NCBI GenBank assembly: GCA_021613535.1
Contig: CP075494.1
Coordinates: 4,092,001 to 4,156,000, forward strand
From: Adineta vaga
Taxonomy: Eukaryota > Animalia > Rotifera
DNA length: 64,000 nt
Direction of reading: 5' to 3'
The notes under the pieces are model-generated. The model saw only the letters and a list, made by a program, of their open reading frames with translations, did no database searches and was not told the DNA's origin. Shown here piece after piece: positions 27,019-40,500 of the stretch (position 1 is its first letter; the number at the start of each line of letters is the position of its first letter). A program made the translations under genes and the position numbers.

Positions 27019-28477
27019 ATGAATAATTTGTAGTCTTTTTTCTCGTATTTCGTGGGTGTGGATGTAGGTGATCAATTTCTGATAATGATCAGGATTTTCT
27101 ATTAGAAGGATTATTTTATTGTTGTCCTCAAATAGAATATCTTCGTTTGAAGTAATCGAATAAAATTTCTACAAAACGATTAACTAACATTATTGATAGA
27201 TTTGGATATTTGTTAAATGTCTGACTTGATGCTTCATGTTTCACTTCTACTATTGAAAATTCTCGAAGACTCAAAAGACGTAAATTTACTTATCCAGTAA
27301 ATCCATCAATACCAGACAATTTCTTATCATTTATTTCTCATTTTTTAATTGAATCAAAGGTAAACTGTTTTTTTAGACAATAGAATAATGTTTTATCCTC
27401 CTTTTTCAAAGATTCAACAGTTTGCATTGACTGTTCAATCGCCATCAAGATTGGAATATTTTAAACGGTTTATAAAGAATATTTCTCATGCTCAAACGAG
27501 AAGATAGTCGATTGCGTGACGTAGCCTTTTTGTTTGCGATAGCTACTGTCCTAATCTTAAAGTATAAGTTCAATATGTTTGATAATCTTTATAATTATAA
27601 TTTACTTTTTAGGAAGTGCTACTTGGATATATTACGGGTTGCCTGTCTCGATTCACCCATTTGCTTTAACTCTTACTCGGATCTATGTTAATTTATGTTA
27701 AATACGCTTTTTTTAATTTTTTTTTGATAGAGAACTATTGAAGACCATCGTGCACCTACATGAGTTTGTTACCAATCGAATATGAAGAGAAATTATCGTT
27801 TCTTCTTTGTCAATATTTTTAATTATTCACGAGGCATCTTTATTTAATTTTTTCTGCTATTTATAATAAGATCAATTTCTTTTTTGTTTGTACTGCGTTT
27901 TCCTGTTAGTTTTACACATGTATGTTTTCTTTTTGATGCATTCATTTTTCTCGATAGAAAAACGACGAGTTACTACTTTCCTCTCACTTAGGGTTTATAA
28001 AATTTTTATTGACATTTTGTTTTCTTCGGCAAACTCACTGAAACTTATTGAGAAAAATTTTTGAGGATCGGTGTCTTTATTTCACCCACACGTTTACCCT
28101 CAAAATGTCATTGAATTAACGAAAATAAGTTTGTATGTTTGGATGAGTGAAAATGGTGGTAATGGACAACTTAATTGTTTTATAAGTTGATGTTTTCGTT
28201 GTTGTAAAGTTTTGGATTTTTTCTTTCAGATCTGTAAGACATCAAGTAAGAGCATGAGGACAATTTCATCATTAATCAGTGTAGTCATTTAATCGATAAA
28301 GTTGTAGAATTCAAGTTTTGAATAGGAGTTGAAATAATCTAGAATAAAAAGAGAAAAAAAATTATAGAATAAGATTCAAATGAACTGATTATATGAAATG
28401 TAAATCACATGCATGCATGAATAAAGATAAGTTTCAAAAAAGAAATTTCAATGAGTTCTTTAATGGTTGACCAGTAA

Positions 28478-29092
28478 CTAGGCAGACATGCGGCCATGGT
28501 TAATTCCGGTAATGTAACCTTCCGATGATGTTAATGATGATTGCAACGGTGGCTTTGGTTGGCGTTGTTGTTGTTTATCAAATGATTTCCTATTCGGGGG
28601 TGCTGCTTGTTGTTGTCGTTGTACACGATTGATAATTGGTTGGGAAAAACAGGAAACAAATTTGTCACAAAGACCAAAGCCAATTCGACAGATGCAATAA
28701 TATACAAACAAACCACAAACTAATGTAATGGTAAATAAATCAATGATATCACGCCAGCTTGAGAGAACTGGACCAGTTTTAGTATGATGACTTTTAATAG
28801 CATCAGCAACAAAGGTTGCACTAATAGAATTATTAATCAAATAATTTATTATTTTATGATGATCATTGATGGTTGTTTGAAGTGCATGAATGTCGAGATT
28901 ACCAGCATCTGAACTTGGCTTTTGTCGATGTTGAGTTATATTTCTGAAAATGGATGCACACGGTGTTTGTTTCAATATAATAATTATTTCTTGCAAAGTC
29001 ATTGTACGTGAACATGAATATGCTTGATTGGTTAGCTGGCAATTGAATAAAATGATACTAAGACATAAAAGAATACAATGAATGCCAATCAT
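28478..29092 (-). CDS. Intronless single-pass membrane protein of unknown function
   Basis: 204 aa: signal peptide, short heptad-like segment (LDIHALQTTINDHHKIINYL), TM (LFTITLVCGLFVYYCIC) and a Gln-rich tail. Confidence 0.65.
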   Translation of the reverse strand: MIGIHCILLCLSIILFNCQLTNQAYSCSRTMTLQEIIIILKQTPCASIFRNITQHRQKPSSDAGNLDIHALQTTINDHHKIINYLINNSISATFVADAIKSHHTKTGPVLSSWRDIIDLFTITLVCGLFVYYCICRIGFGLCDKFVSCFSQPIINRVQRQQQAAPPNRKSFDKQQQRQPKPPLQSSLTSSEGYITGINHGRMSA

Positions 29093-30407
29093 TTTGAATT
29101 GATTTTTTTCTTTGATTGCTGATGGTGACGAAAACGATCGATATATCTAAAACAAAAAAAACAAAGAGAAAGAACAGATAAAATAGTAAATGGAAAGAAA
29201 ACAAATATTGAAAAGTATTGATAAGACTTAGTTATCTTGAGGATAGTATAGATGTGCACACCAAACACTTTGATTGATAAGCGTTTGAACAGGATATTTG
29301 AAAATATGACCTAATGAATTCAGTTTTGCTTCAGTGTGTGTGACAAGTAAGGAATGAATAATTCGACGAAATGTTTGTGATGCATTCGATGGTAAGACGG
29401 TGAACATTGTTGTTGTATAAACATTATATCGAACGTCATTGAAATCTCCATATAATTTGAGTTCAAAGAATTCATGTTGTTGATGAAGTTGTTGTTCTTT
29501 TAGCAGTTTGTTTTCGAACAGTATTACTCTTTTGATTTGTATCGAGCATTGATGCAGCTGAATTAGTACTAGTAGTAGTAGCAGCAATACAATGAACATC
29601 AACATCATCAGACGATGATGATAATTCGATCACCTCTATTGTACGTTTAGAAGTATTTGTTCGATTTGAATATGCCATTGGTGTAAGAAGATGTATATTT
29701 AGAATGAAAATAAAAAAGAATTATAAATTTACAGAATTAAACAAAAACAAATATAAAAAAGCAAGAACATTAAAAAAATGTGATCATTTAATATTTATTT
29801 TACCCTGTTCACTATCATCCGACAGATTGTGCACATATTCATTGGTATAATTTGGTGTGTATGAATGTGAAACTTGTAATCGTTTACACATTCTATTGTT
29901 TTGAATCTCTAGCTACTGTTATTTGTGCTTCCCAATTGACATCATGAACTAATTTTATATTTGACTAAGATTCTTTGAATTCGATCAGTTCTTTCAGGCT
30001 CATTTTGAATCATCGATATAAGATCTTCAAGTAATCCAGTCCTTGTCATTCTCTTTTGATCAGCAGGTAGGAAAAAAACATTTTTTAAACATAATAAATG
30101 CATAACTTTGTTTCATTGCATTACTTTCATCTGTTCAATCTTCTGTTGTCGTTGCTGCTATTGTTAATTCAGTTTCAAGTGAATCGACTGATGAAAATGA
30201 AGACAAGCTTGCCATTATTGTGCAGAAATAACCAATAGAATTGCTATAATTTTGATAAAATGGTATATAGACTATGAAAAAAATCAGGCTTTATATAGGG
30301 TAAGAGAAGAGAGAGATGAATGCAACTTTAATTGCGCCTTGTATTAAAGGAAATTCCACCACCTTCATATTTCAGAAGCTAAAATCTATGGAATGTTCTT
30401 TTTTTTA

Positions 30408-30431
30408 GGGGGTGCTATATTTCGCACCCCC
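30408..30431. other. Perfect GC-rich stem-loop between divergent TATA boxes
   Basis: GGGGGTGC-TATATTTC-GCACCCCC; TATATAAAG on the minus strand at about 30289-30297 and TATATAAAC on the plus strand at about 30576-30584. Confidence 0.6.
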
Positions 30432-31439
30432 ATTTCTACAAAAGATCAGAGCTGAAATCGAATGTGAGAGAATGCAACGACGTAAATCAACCAGATACAG
30501 TTTATTTTTAACATAGGTCTGTTTTTTCTCCAGAATATTTTAGTGAGTGAGAGAGAATTAGAGATTCAGAGACGGTATATAAACTATGGTTCTTATACAA
30601 TCCTTTTCACTTCTCATTTTTCATTTTGTTATCGATTCAATGATAAGATCCTCTTTAGGTATTTATTTAATTATTGTATTATTCATCCATCCAACTTCAT
30701 CATATTCTGAATCGAAACTTAATCTGTGATGGTGAGTGATGGTGTCTATTATGCGGAAGGTAAGCAGGGTACTCATATCCATAGTTTTTCTAACCAACAC
30801 CCGCACCCTCAAGATTAGACAACGAAATTTCAGATATGAAAGTACCATTTGTGAGCTGTCTCTATGAAGTGACATGATCCCCTGTCTTCAGAGGCAGATA
30901 ATAATTACACTAATCGATGAATATTTTTAAAAAAGATACAAAAAACAAAAGCCAGTAATTCTCGATTGAATATAAATACACACATGTATGAAAGAAAGAG
31001 AGAAAGAATGGTATAAAAGATAGCATTGCTTTTGAAAAATACATATGGAAAAGAAGAAGCGAGAAAGAATGTCTGTAAAAGTAATACGCTACGAAGAAGA
31101 ATAGAAACAACAAGTTTATTAACAAGAATATTTCTTTATAATTATCTATTCCTGTCAATATGTATATTTATTGGTTTTATTATGTTTTTTTCCATCTTAT
31201 AATAATAATTATTAAGATTGCGAAGGAACAAATATGTGTTTTATTTATATTTCAATTTCTTTTTGAAGTTAATAAAATTTTACATTCATCTTTTCATTAG
31301 ATTGTATTATGACTGACATACTGAGTTATACTATAATGTAATAATATACTAATATATTAGTAAAAATCAAAGCGAATTACAGTTTTTTTGTGTGTCAGCA
31401 AGAGAATATTGATAAGCTTGGAGCAAAGGATGATAGAAA

Positions 31440-32168
31440 GATATAGCGCATCTTGTCCAATCGCTAAAGCTCGTTTATAACATGGTAGTGCCTGTAGAAA
31501 ATAGCTTGTTTGATTTTAAGTGATTTTTCAAAGACTTCCAACACTTTTAAATAGTATTGTAGATATGAGCCATGATTGAATGATTTTTAGGGAGTGCATG
31601 TTGTCCAATTTCTACCGCACGTTCATAGAATGAAGTTCTTCTAAATACTGACTCATATGTCAATATAATAAAGTGATGTTACTATTGTTAGTAACTAATT
31701 CTGGATGATTTAAAGGGAGATATTTTATATAATTCAAGTGCTTTCTAATAATCTGCCATATTATCATTACTAACCAAATCGAAAGGATTTGTTTCGAGAT
31801 ATTTTTCTCGAATTTTAAGTGACTTTTCATCATCATGAAATGTTTCTTGAAGGAATGTTTGAAAATTTTCTTCGGCTTTATCGAAATTTCCCATTTTAAT
31901 TAGTAAATGTCCAAGTTGTTCCCATTTTGTTAGTTTTGTTGTTTCTGGTCGTATATATTCAGTAAGTCGTATGAATTCTTCATCGTCATCTCTTGTTAAT
32001 GTAAGTTCTATACGCCATACTCGATCTCAAATTTGTTTTTTTAAAGATTTTTCAGTAAATTGTAATGAAACATTTTCATTGATACATGTTGATAAAAATA
32101 TATTAAACGCCAGCAAACCATCTTTTTTTCTTTCATCAAATTCAATATTTACCATACTTTTGCCTCAA
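31440..32168 (-). pseudogene. Truncated ADP-ribosyltransferase + TPR gene remnant
   Basis: GLLAFNIFLST...VWRIELTLTRDDD...LGHLLIKMGNFDKAEE followed by broken TPR pieces; stops and internal deletions; 5' end cut off at a hairpin repeat. Confidence 0.75.
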
Positions 32169-32222
32169 TGAGGATGCAAGTTAAGAGCATTGACTCATGT
32201 ACATCCTCACCCACACCCACCC
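32169..32222. repeat. Telomere-like mini-hairpin element
   Basis: TGAGGATGCA...TACATCCTCA followed by CCCACACCCACCC; related to 14855-14893. Confidence 0.55.
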
Positions 32223-32299
32223 AACTGGTTTAATTGTCACTTTTATATCTGGTGGAATATCAAGTTATACGGGATCTCCAAATGCAGCTACTTATGGTA

Positions 32300-32748
32300 T
32301 ATAATTATTTTAATGACAATAAGGACTTCAGAGTTGGCAGACATGCCAATTAGTGGGCAACAATCGATTTTAAATGCTCAGGGGAACAACGGTACAGGTG
32401 TAGTTATGACTGAATGGAAAGCTTTTCAAGTTTTCAATGAAAAAATGATCTGTTTTGTCTCCTCTTATATTAGCATCATGAATATCAGGTAATACCACAG
32501 TTATGTCATTCACTTTTATTAGTAATGGACAACCACTTTGGAATAGTCTCCTGACTTCCTTCACTACCTCGGTGACATTAAGTTATAGCCTATTAGACAC
32601 ACCTAAGAATGATACAATGACAGTGGCAACATGTACAAATGGCGGTGGACGCGCAGTTATTGTTACATCTTATTTAGGGACTGCCGGGCGTATAATACAA
32701 ATTGCTTATACTAGTCATTATAAGCTAGGCACATTCAATTGGGAGTAA
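32300..32748 (+). pseudogene. Coding-like fragment of unknown family
   Basis: Two ORF pieces (MPISGQQSILNAQ...GVVMTEW and AGRIIQIAY) with coding-like composition but no clear start. Confidence 0.35.
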
Positions 32749-33016
32749 TGATGCAAGTATACTTATTTATCTTTTCGCGATAATTTTTGTAATACAGTAC
32801 CAGGTGTTGAGCAATAGCTGAATCTACTTGCTTTTTAATAAATATTCGTGAAACATGATAATAGTATTATCTTGGAATGGGAGTGAGATATAGTATCTTT
32901 CCTTCCATCATCCATATTCAGATCATTTAAAGCGAAGAAAAGAATATTTTATTTTATTGATTAGAAAAGCAATGTTGAAGAGTTAATACTAATAAAGTGC
33001 AAGTAATTGAGTTTGA

Positions 33017-34003
33017 TTAACGTGCTAGTTTTTTCACAACTTTTCCAAATTGATGACCTTGAGTTTGAGCAAGTTGTAGTTCGAGCTGGCTTGGTTGCCG
33101 TGAACCCTCACCTGCAATTGTGCCTGCACCTAAATTTGATAAAACGAAGAAAAATTTAGAACGAAGAAGCCAGAGAATGAACTCACCATATGGTGATCCA
33201 CCGTGTACTTCGTCGATGTTCTGAAGGCTTTTGTTTTTATAACCAAGTGGTACAAAAATCATTCCAAGATGAGAGAAAAATGTTACACAAGTGAGTGCAG
33301 TTGTCTCTTGACCTCCACCAAGTGATCCTGTTGAGAAAAAGATGCCAACCTGTAATACAGAGACATATAATCATAACGTGTAAATGAACGAAAAATTTAC
33401 CGGCTTGCCAAAAAGAGCGTCAGACATCCAATGATGACCACATTGATCGAACAGAGCGCGTACCTGTGTTGGCGCCGAACCGAAACGAGTGGGTATACCA
33501 AAAAGAATGCCATCAGCTTCGGGTAATTGATCGGCTCTGATAATTGGTATTTCAGTATTCTTTTCTTTAGCATGCATTTTGGTGAGTACTTCATTAGGTA
33601 ATGTTTCCGCTATTTGAAACAGACGACACTCGCAGCCAGAAGACTCAACACCAGCACAAACTTCTTTCGCCATGCGTTCGATGTGTCCATACATTGAGTA
33701 ATAGATAACGAACACTACTGGACGTTTCTAAGTGAGAAGAAAGGAATTAATTCTTATCTGCCAACATAGGATAAATTTGTTTACTTTGCTGCTACGATGG
33801 TGTCTACTACTACTCGTTTCCGATGACACAGATGTATGATGTTGAGTTACTGCAGCATTCTGAGGAAAATTCGACAACGGTGCTTGCTGTTGTTCACCTT
33901 TACTGCAAGCATCATAGTAGATATGTACAAATGATTAGGAAAGATATATGCCTTACCAGGCGTGTTGCTGACCACTTTGAGGTTGATACTGATGTGAAGC
34001 CAT
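33017..34003 (-). CDS. wrbA: WrbA-type flavodoxin-like NAD(P)H:quinone oxidoreductase
   Basis: Five exons splice in frame: IYYSMYGH, ADGILFGIPTRFG, FSTGSLGGGQETTA, GGSPYGAGT, with a Q/S-rich N-terminal extension. Confidence 0.93.
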
Positions 34004-35086
34004 GGAGTTAAATGTTACTATCTAAAATCATACATACTTCAAGTTTGATTACTGTTTTATTTTTACTATTAACGATATTTACACAGATATGATGACAACG
34101 TAAAAAGTGTAAATTTTCTTTTCTCTCTTTCTTACCTCGAACTAAAATTTCTCACATGCGAAAATTTTAAACTATATATTTGGAATCAATGATTGTTTAA
34201 AAAAGAATTGTACATCTTACCGTGTATCTGTTTTTGTTAAATTGAAATCAATATTGTCAAACTCTATCACGTACCTGTTCTATGAGCAATCCTTTTCAGT
34301 GTGGCCGTCGACGCTGTCGTATCTTTCTATGGATATTTTTGTATGCGGTGACGTCTCTCTCTCTCTGATGTGGATTCTAAATATGTGAGAAAATTTAAAA
34401 AAACCACACCATATATATATACACACATGTTTCCTGTGCACATTGCTTTTCGTTCTGATTGCTTCACGACGAAAATGCACCGTCATCATATCGTAGTGAG
34501 TATGGCTATTACTACTATCACCTGAAGGATGTTTCTACAGTAATGATCGATGACGATTTTTTTGCGTTGTCATTGTGTAATATTAATGCATATATTATTT
34601 TATTTCCATAACTCATTAATTTGTTTTTGAAAGATGCTATCATACATTCATAAAAAAACTAGATGACTTTCTTGTCTAATATGCTGCATATGAGAATAAA
34701 AAACAGATAACCACAATGATGATACTTCTGTGAAGTACTCACATTATCTATTCAAATGTTCTTCCTCTTCGAACATTTTTTTTTGAATGAAACATTGGTT
34801 TGTACTACGTGATTAAAAACAAGTAGCATTCTGTGTCTGTTTATGAACAGATTTTGTTTAAAATTCAATTTCCGTGAACATACGTCTTTTATTTCTGACA
34901 TAAGTTTTGCTTAGGTTGTATTTGCTTTTCTCTCGTTTAGAAACATGCTCTTCTATTAGTGTTTGCCAAGGTATCGTCGAAGAAAACATTCACTTTGTTT
35001 GATGTCCTTTCAGTATTGTTATTTGCACTTTTCTCTCTATCTGTTTCATTTATAAAGTACATGTTCTTTTCTATCAACACACAGCA

Positions 35087-36205
35087 ATGTTTTTCTTCTC
35101 GATTTGTTTGTTTCTTCCAATCATTGATACCATCATAATAACGCGAATTCATCGATCTGCTATCTTTAATCCTAATTCTTCTTGCGCTCTTCTTCGCAAT
35201 GTGTCAATACCTATTGATGGATCGATTCAATCATGTATATGGGAATGTTTCTACGAGAATAATTGCCAGACAAGTGTCTACTTCTATGAAAAGAAAATAT
35301 GTTTATTATATACGGAATTATGTGAACTAACTAAAATTGAATCATTAGGAAATGTTCACGCAAGTGTCATTTGTCATAAAAAAAGTCATAGTAAGTGTAT
35401 TTATTTATTATATTACGAAAGAAATATTTTGCTAGACCCTATCATTACCTGTCCTGTCACTACGATATCCCACCAATTGACAACAGAAATAACAGTACTA
35501 CCATCAGTAGTATTGAGCACTACACAAAGTGAGTACTTTTGTATTTTAGATTTAGTAAAAGCTTAGTTTGGAAGTTTAATTCTGTGAGACTTTTCTTTTT
35601 CTAAAATAATAGATCCAACGTCTACAAGTTCTTCGATGATTCCCACAAATACGACAGGAATCAATGTCAGTTCACCATACATTGTTTCTCTTCCTTTTTT
35701 TGGGAATACATGGACTTGCATCAATGTTAGTTCGTCTATCTCGTCTGCTACAGGTGGAAGATTTTATATTAAACAAGGTCTAACTTACTCTATTAGTTAT
35801 ATGACAAGCGTTACGGCTTATCTCGAATCAGATGCAAATTCAACAATCAATTCTTGTCAATATGTTATGGCGTATGTTGAATCCAATGCCGTCTTATCAA
35901 CTCCAGCGATTCAAAATGTTACAGTTTATTTGGCGTCAAAAGCAAGTCTATCTCTTTCCTCATGTGGAAGTGCTAAAGTTTATATGGAATCCGAAGCAAA
36001 GTTATCAATTTCAAACTGTGGAAGTGTTCAAGTATACCTTAAGTCAAACGCGTCAATGGATTCTGCTAATAATTATGGGCAAGTTACTGCCTACTATGAA
36101 AGTGGCGCTCAACGAATATATCCAGCGTACAGCACACCTAATGAGACCTTATGCTCTTCGATTACATTCAATTATTCAAACAGTTCAACAAGAACATGTC
36201 AATGA
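35087..36205 (+). CDS. Secreted PAN/apple + Thr-rich linker + beta-solenoid repeat protein
   Basis: Three exons; CIWEC...C PAN motif; about six 18-aa repeats of consensus VxxY(L/M/V)xSxAxLxxxxCxx. Confidence 0.8.
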
Positions 36206-36699
36206 TTACATGAAAAACATTATTTTTCATCCTAATTGTCCACATAAAGTACTTAAAAAACATTTTAAATAAAAGGTTTTTTTTCTTCAACTATTCAAAA
36301 GAAAACTCTTTTACGGACATAGATATCAGTATATATGATCAGAAGATTACTACAACATAATCAAGTGAGAACTTCTTTCGAGACTCTCATTATTTTTACT
36401 TTGTTATGTATTATATATATTGATTAAAATAGATCTCTCTCACAATCAAGCCAGTCAACACATACCGTGTTAATTGAAAAAAGAACAAATAAATACTTCA
36501 TTCTTCTTAACAGAGACGATGCGTGAGGATAATTATGGAGTGACGCGATGGCTAAGTTTTACTCTCACGTGTAAAATAAAGTCGTTGATCAATTTCTGTA
36601 TACTCACTGTACATATATCATTGTAAATAATGAAACATGTAGATATACGTAATAACTTATCTATTTTTGCTGGTTAATGACCATGAGAAGTTACACCTC

Positions 36700-37480
36700 A
36701 AGAGAAAAAATGCTCATTTATATGAATCAAATTCTGATTTATATTGGAGTAATGTTATTCGGAATAATTCTAGGCAAATTTACAAGTTGAATGTTTCGAT
36801 TTTCACGTTCAGCACGAGCAAATTGCAATCTATGTACACTACTAATGAAGGAAACAATATGCAAAGATGATATTATCGAACTATAGCCATAATTTATGGA
36901 ATTATTTATGTAGCTGTTGAAGAGTGTTTCTCGGAATATTTAAGAATACATCGATCTGATATTAAACATATTCATTCTTTTCGTTGGATAATAATGAAGA
37001 ATTATTTATTTAGTTTACAAACTAAACGTGAAATATTTGTAATTCATTTTTACTCCTGAATTATATGCTTTTATGAAGGACAAACGTATGACAATCGGTA
37101 CATACTCAGCTAACTATGATTGAGTGAAAACATGTTCAATCAGTTGTTCATGTACAGTACTGAGTCCATGTTCTACAATTTTGTTTTATTTGTCTGTTAT
37201 GGAATCGGAAATATTACATAACACATGCAGCCTGTCGAAAGTCTCTTGGTAGCGATCAAGGAATCCATAATTATATTGTTTATAATCAAAAAGTATCAAA
37301 AGTAGCCATCCATCATATATCTCATGAATATAGATTTGCTACCACTTTGGGTTGTGCGTTATGGTAGAGAAGGGAATCATTTTGGATTGGTTTTAAATGC
37401 AAATCAATCCGTTTATGCAATGATTCACCAATAGAACAGAAGTCAGCAGATATGCGAGATTGATGGATACTTATCGTAGG
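36700..37480 (+). pseudogene. Decayed glycosyltransferase-like gene
   Basis: Fragments IHSFRWIIMKNYL, TIGTYSANYD*VKTC, DQGIHNYIVY and VLNANQSVYAMIHQ*NR resemble the DQGxHN...HQYDR motifs of a GT-A-like family. Confidence 0.55.
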
Positions 37481-37534
37481 TTCAGTACAAGTCTAATTTC
37501 AATGATTTGTTTTAAATAATTTATTAGTATTTTA

Positions 37535-40500
37535 TTAAAAAATTAAGTGACAAAAACAACTCAATTCTCGAATAAACATTTCAAGGATGGTTTCGATATC
37601 CTTTTCTTTCCAACTACCAAGAGGTAATTCAACAATTGTTGATTCATTCATTTTGATATAGACGGATATTTGAATTTGATCGTCGTTTCCTAATCGATTC
37701 ACTTTGAATTTTAATTGAAGTTGACGCTCACCAATATTCAACAGATCATAGTTTTGAATTATTCCTGAATGACCGGACCATTCATTATTTTCATTGTTTG
37801 ACCAATTAATTGAGCCAATACGAGAATAATAGACAATAAACTCTTCTTTCATTCGAGAAATCAATAATCCAAGACGAAGGAATGGTTCATTCAATACAAC
37901 CATAGAGCTATTTTGAACGATTATATCTTGTTCTTTCATTGTGTTTAAAATTTCAAGAAGCATTCGTATTTGATATTTCAATTCGCCGATCGACCATTGT
38001 TGTTGTAAGTTGCCAAAAGCTCGATCAAAGATGAGTTGAAGATGATTATTCAATGCATGAATCTTCCATAAACAACGTCCTAAAAATAAGATTCGTATGA
38101 GTTCTAAAACGTGTTACTAATCATTTTTCTCTTACCTGTCTCTGATACCAAAGTATCTTGAATCAACTGATTATTTTCCGGTACCTGATGTGGAGCCTTG
38201 CCTTCGAAATTCCGTGCGACTTTTGGTTCACGGTAAGTCATCATCGAGAAGAGTATAGCACAGATATAACTGGTGTCAATACCTGGACTTTGACGTTCCG
38301 ATTGGCTCAATTCTTTTTCTTCGTCGATGTCATTGTTGTTCAATGGTTTCACTTCAAATTGAACAGGAAGATAAAAATCATTTGTCACTGGATTATCGAC
38401 TGGAAAGAAACTGACATCGCTGGTTTTTTCAATTTCATTGGATGATGAAATATGAGCAAAGTCAAAATCTGTTATCTGTAAACAGAATCCTTCTTCTTCA
38501 TCATCGTATACACAAGGTTCAATATAGATTTTTGAAGGTGTGAGATTTCGATGAATGACACCGCATTGATGAATTTCGTTGATTAGATCGATCAATTCTA
38601 AGATAATTAACAATTTGTCCTCAAAGCTAGGCAATTCATCTGCCAGAAAACGATCCAGACTCGTTCCTTCAGGTTTTTCAGTCATTAACCATAGTTTTTT
38701 CCATGAATTCGAACTAATCGTTGATTTTCCATAAAAACAATCGATCAATTTCGATACACCATCAACTTCTAAAAGCAATTCAACTATTTTCATTCGAAAT
38801 ATGCCTCTTTCAATTTACCTGATAGTCGCTGAAGAGCCAATCGATGTCGTTCAACACGTAATCGCGACGATTTATCAGATATTTTGGAGTAAATTCGCAA
38901 GTATGCACTTTTATTTGTATCGGTGTGATCGACGATGGTATAAATCTGATCAGTTTCATTTAATAACATTGGATCTTCGAGAGACCATGGAGATGGTAAT
39001 GCGAGTTGTTCTGTTCGTTGATCTTGATCATGATTATTAACACTAAATATCGTTTTCAAAGCTTGTTTTCGCATCCCTTTGACTGCCGCTGCGTGACGCT
39101 CTTTTCGACTGTTGATACTTGAGATAGTAGACGGAGTCGGACTATTCACTTGTTGTGGTGTTAACGAATGATAGTTACCAATCGTCGAATTGTAATAGTC
39201 AACATTCAATTCTAGTTGACATTTCATTCGAGTGTGTTGATCTCTGGAAAATGTTTGATCGTGCCAAGCATGAATTAATTCTTTGACGAATGCTAAAGAA
39301 TCTTCGTCAGTTACATAGACAATTGGTGGTGCCGATGGATCATTTTCATTGCAGATTATAAGATTCTTTTGATCTCGATAGAATCTTAACCGTAAACGAT
39401 CGAAAATTTCAGGTCGCGTAACACCAGGTGGAAAATTACTAATTCGTACACGATAACCATCTTTATCTAGGTAGAAAGAAAGTCAAGTTGAATTCAAAGA
39501 TTTTCTGTAGCCATTACCAGAGATAGGGAGACGCTGTGAATGAGTTTTTCTTTGTTCATCATGTCCATACCAGCATTGAGTATTTCGACATCCCACTGGC
39601 TGTACGCATCGAATGTGTTTCTTTCGACAACAAATAGAAAATCGGCAGTTACCTTTTCGGTAAGATCTACACAGATCGAAATGATTCACCGGTGTTGGAA
39701 TTACTTGGCATTGTATTCGACAACCACGCAAACAATAGCCATTCTTTTCCTGGACTAATTTTTGAAGGGATTCATTGCTACCGATATCTCTAATCCAAAC
39801 TTCCACGGGTTTTCGCTCGTTTTCAACTAAATTATTTTGTAATTCATTATAAGGTCGAATAAGAATATTTGTGATATCGACACGGAAAATCTTTGAAAGT
39901 TCTTCGCCAGTAATATCGTTGGGTAAACTCGTTACATGAATACAATATTCTATCATATCAGAAGTTGGAACAGTTCCTAAATAAAAGATGACATAATGAA
40001 GTATGTCAATGTACGAGTACGACTTACGGCGATTGTTTGGTACCAATACTTTTTGTACTTTTAATGGTATTTCTTTTACTTTGTGTGTCACTTTTTCCAA
40101 GACGATCCGATCCACCGAGTCATAACTACAATAAATAACAGTGAACAACGATTTTTTCTCAATATTCTCTATCTTACTCATCAAAAATGAAATAGATCTT
40201 CTTTTCTGAATATTCTCGATAGTTGATTGAACCATATTGTCGAAAATATTTTTCGACACTATCAATTAATCCATCTGGAGAACATTCATTCGACAGTTCA
40301 ACTAGTAGACCACAAGTAATTTTATGAGATAAATAATGCTTTCTGGACAGCTGTCGAGAAACCGAAAGTTCCTTTCCAAAAAGTTGAATTGGTCGTTTTC
40401 GCATGATTTCATTGACATATTCTTCATGAGAAAAGATGATAACAGCACATTGAGACTTTCGATTATGAATAACTAGAAGACAAAAAAAATTTAAATTGAA

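Larger units (their letters stand above)
27050..30900 (-). mobile_element. Possible decayed mobile-element or viral remnant: array of co-oriented short or broken ORFs
   Basis: Several minus-strand ORFs and fragments, mostly interrupted, separated by pyrimidine tracts ending in AG, with telomere-like stubs and an adjacent tRNA. No RT, transposase or Rep motif was recognised. Confidence 0.3.

Noticed and set aside
27000-31000. Hammerhead ribozyme expected if this were a Penelope/Terminon element
   Set aside because: The CTGANGA cores I found (e.g. about 29605 and 30886) lack a properly placed GAAA and stems; a covariance-model search would be needed to exclude it fully.
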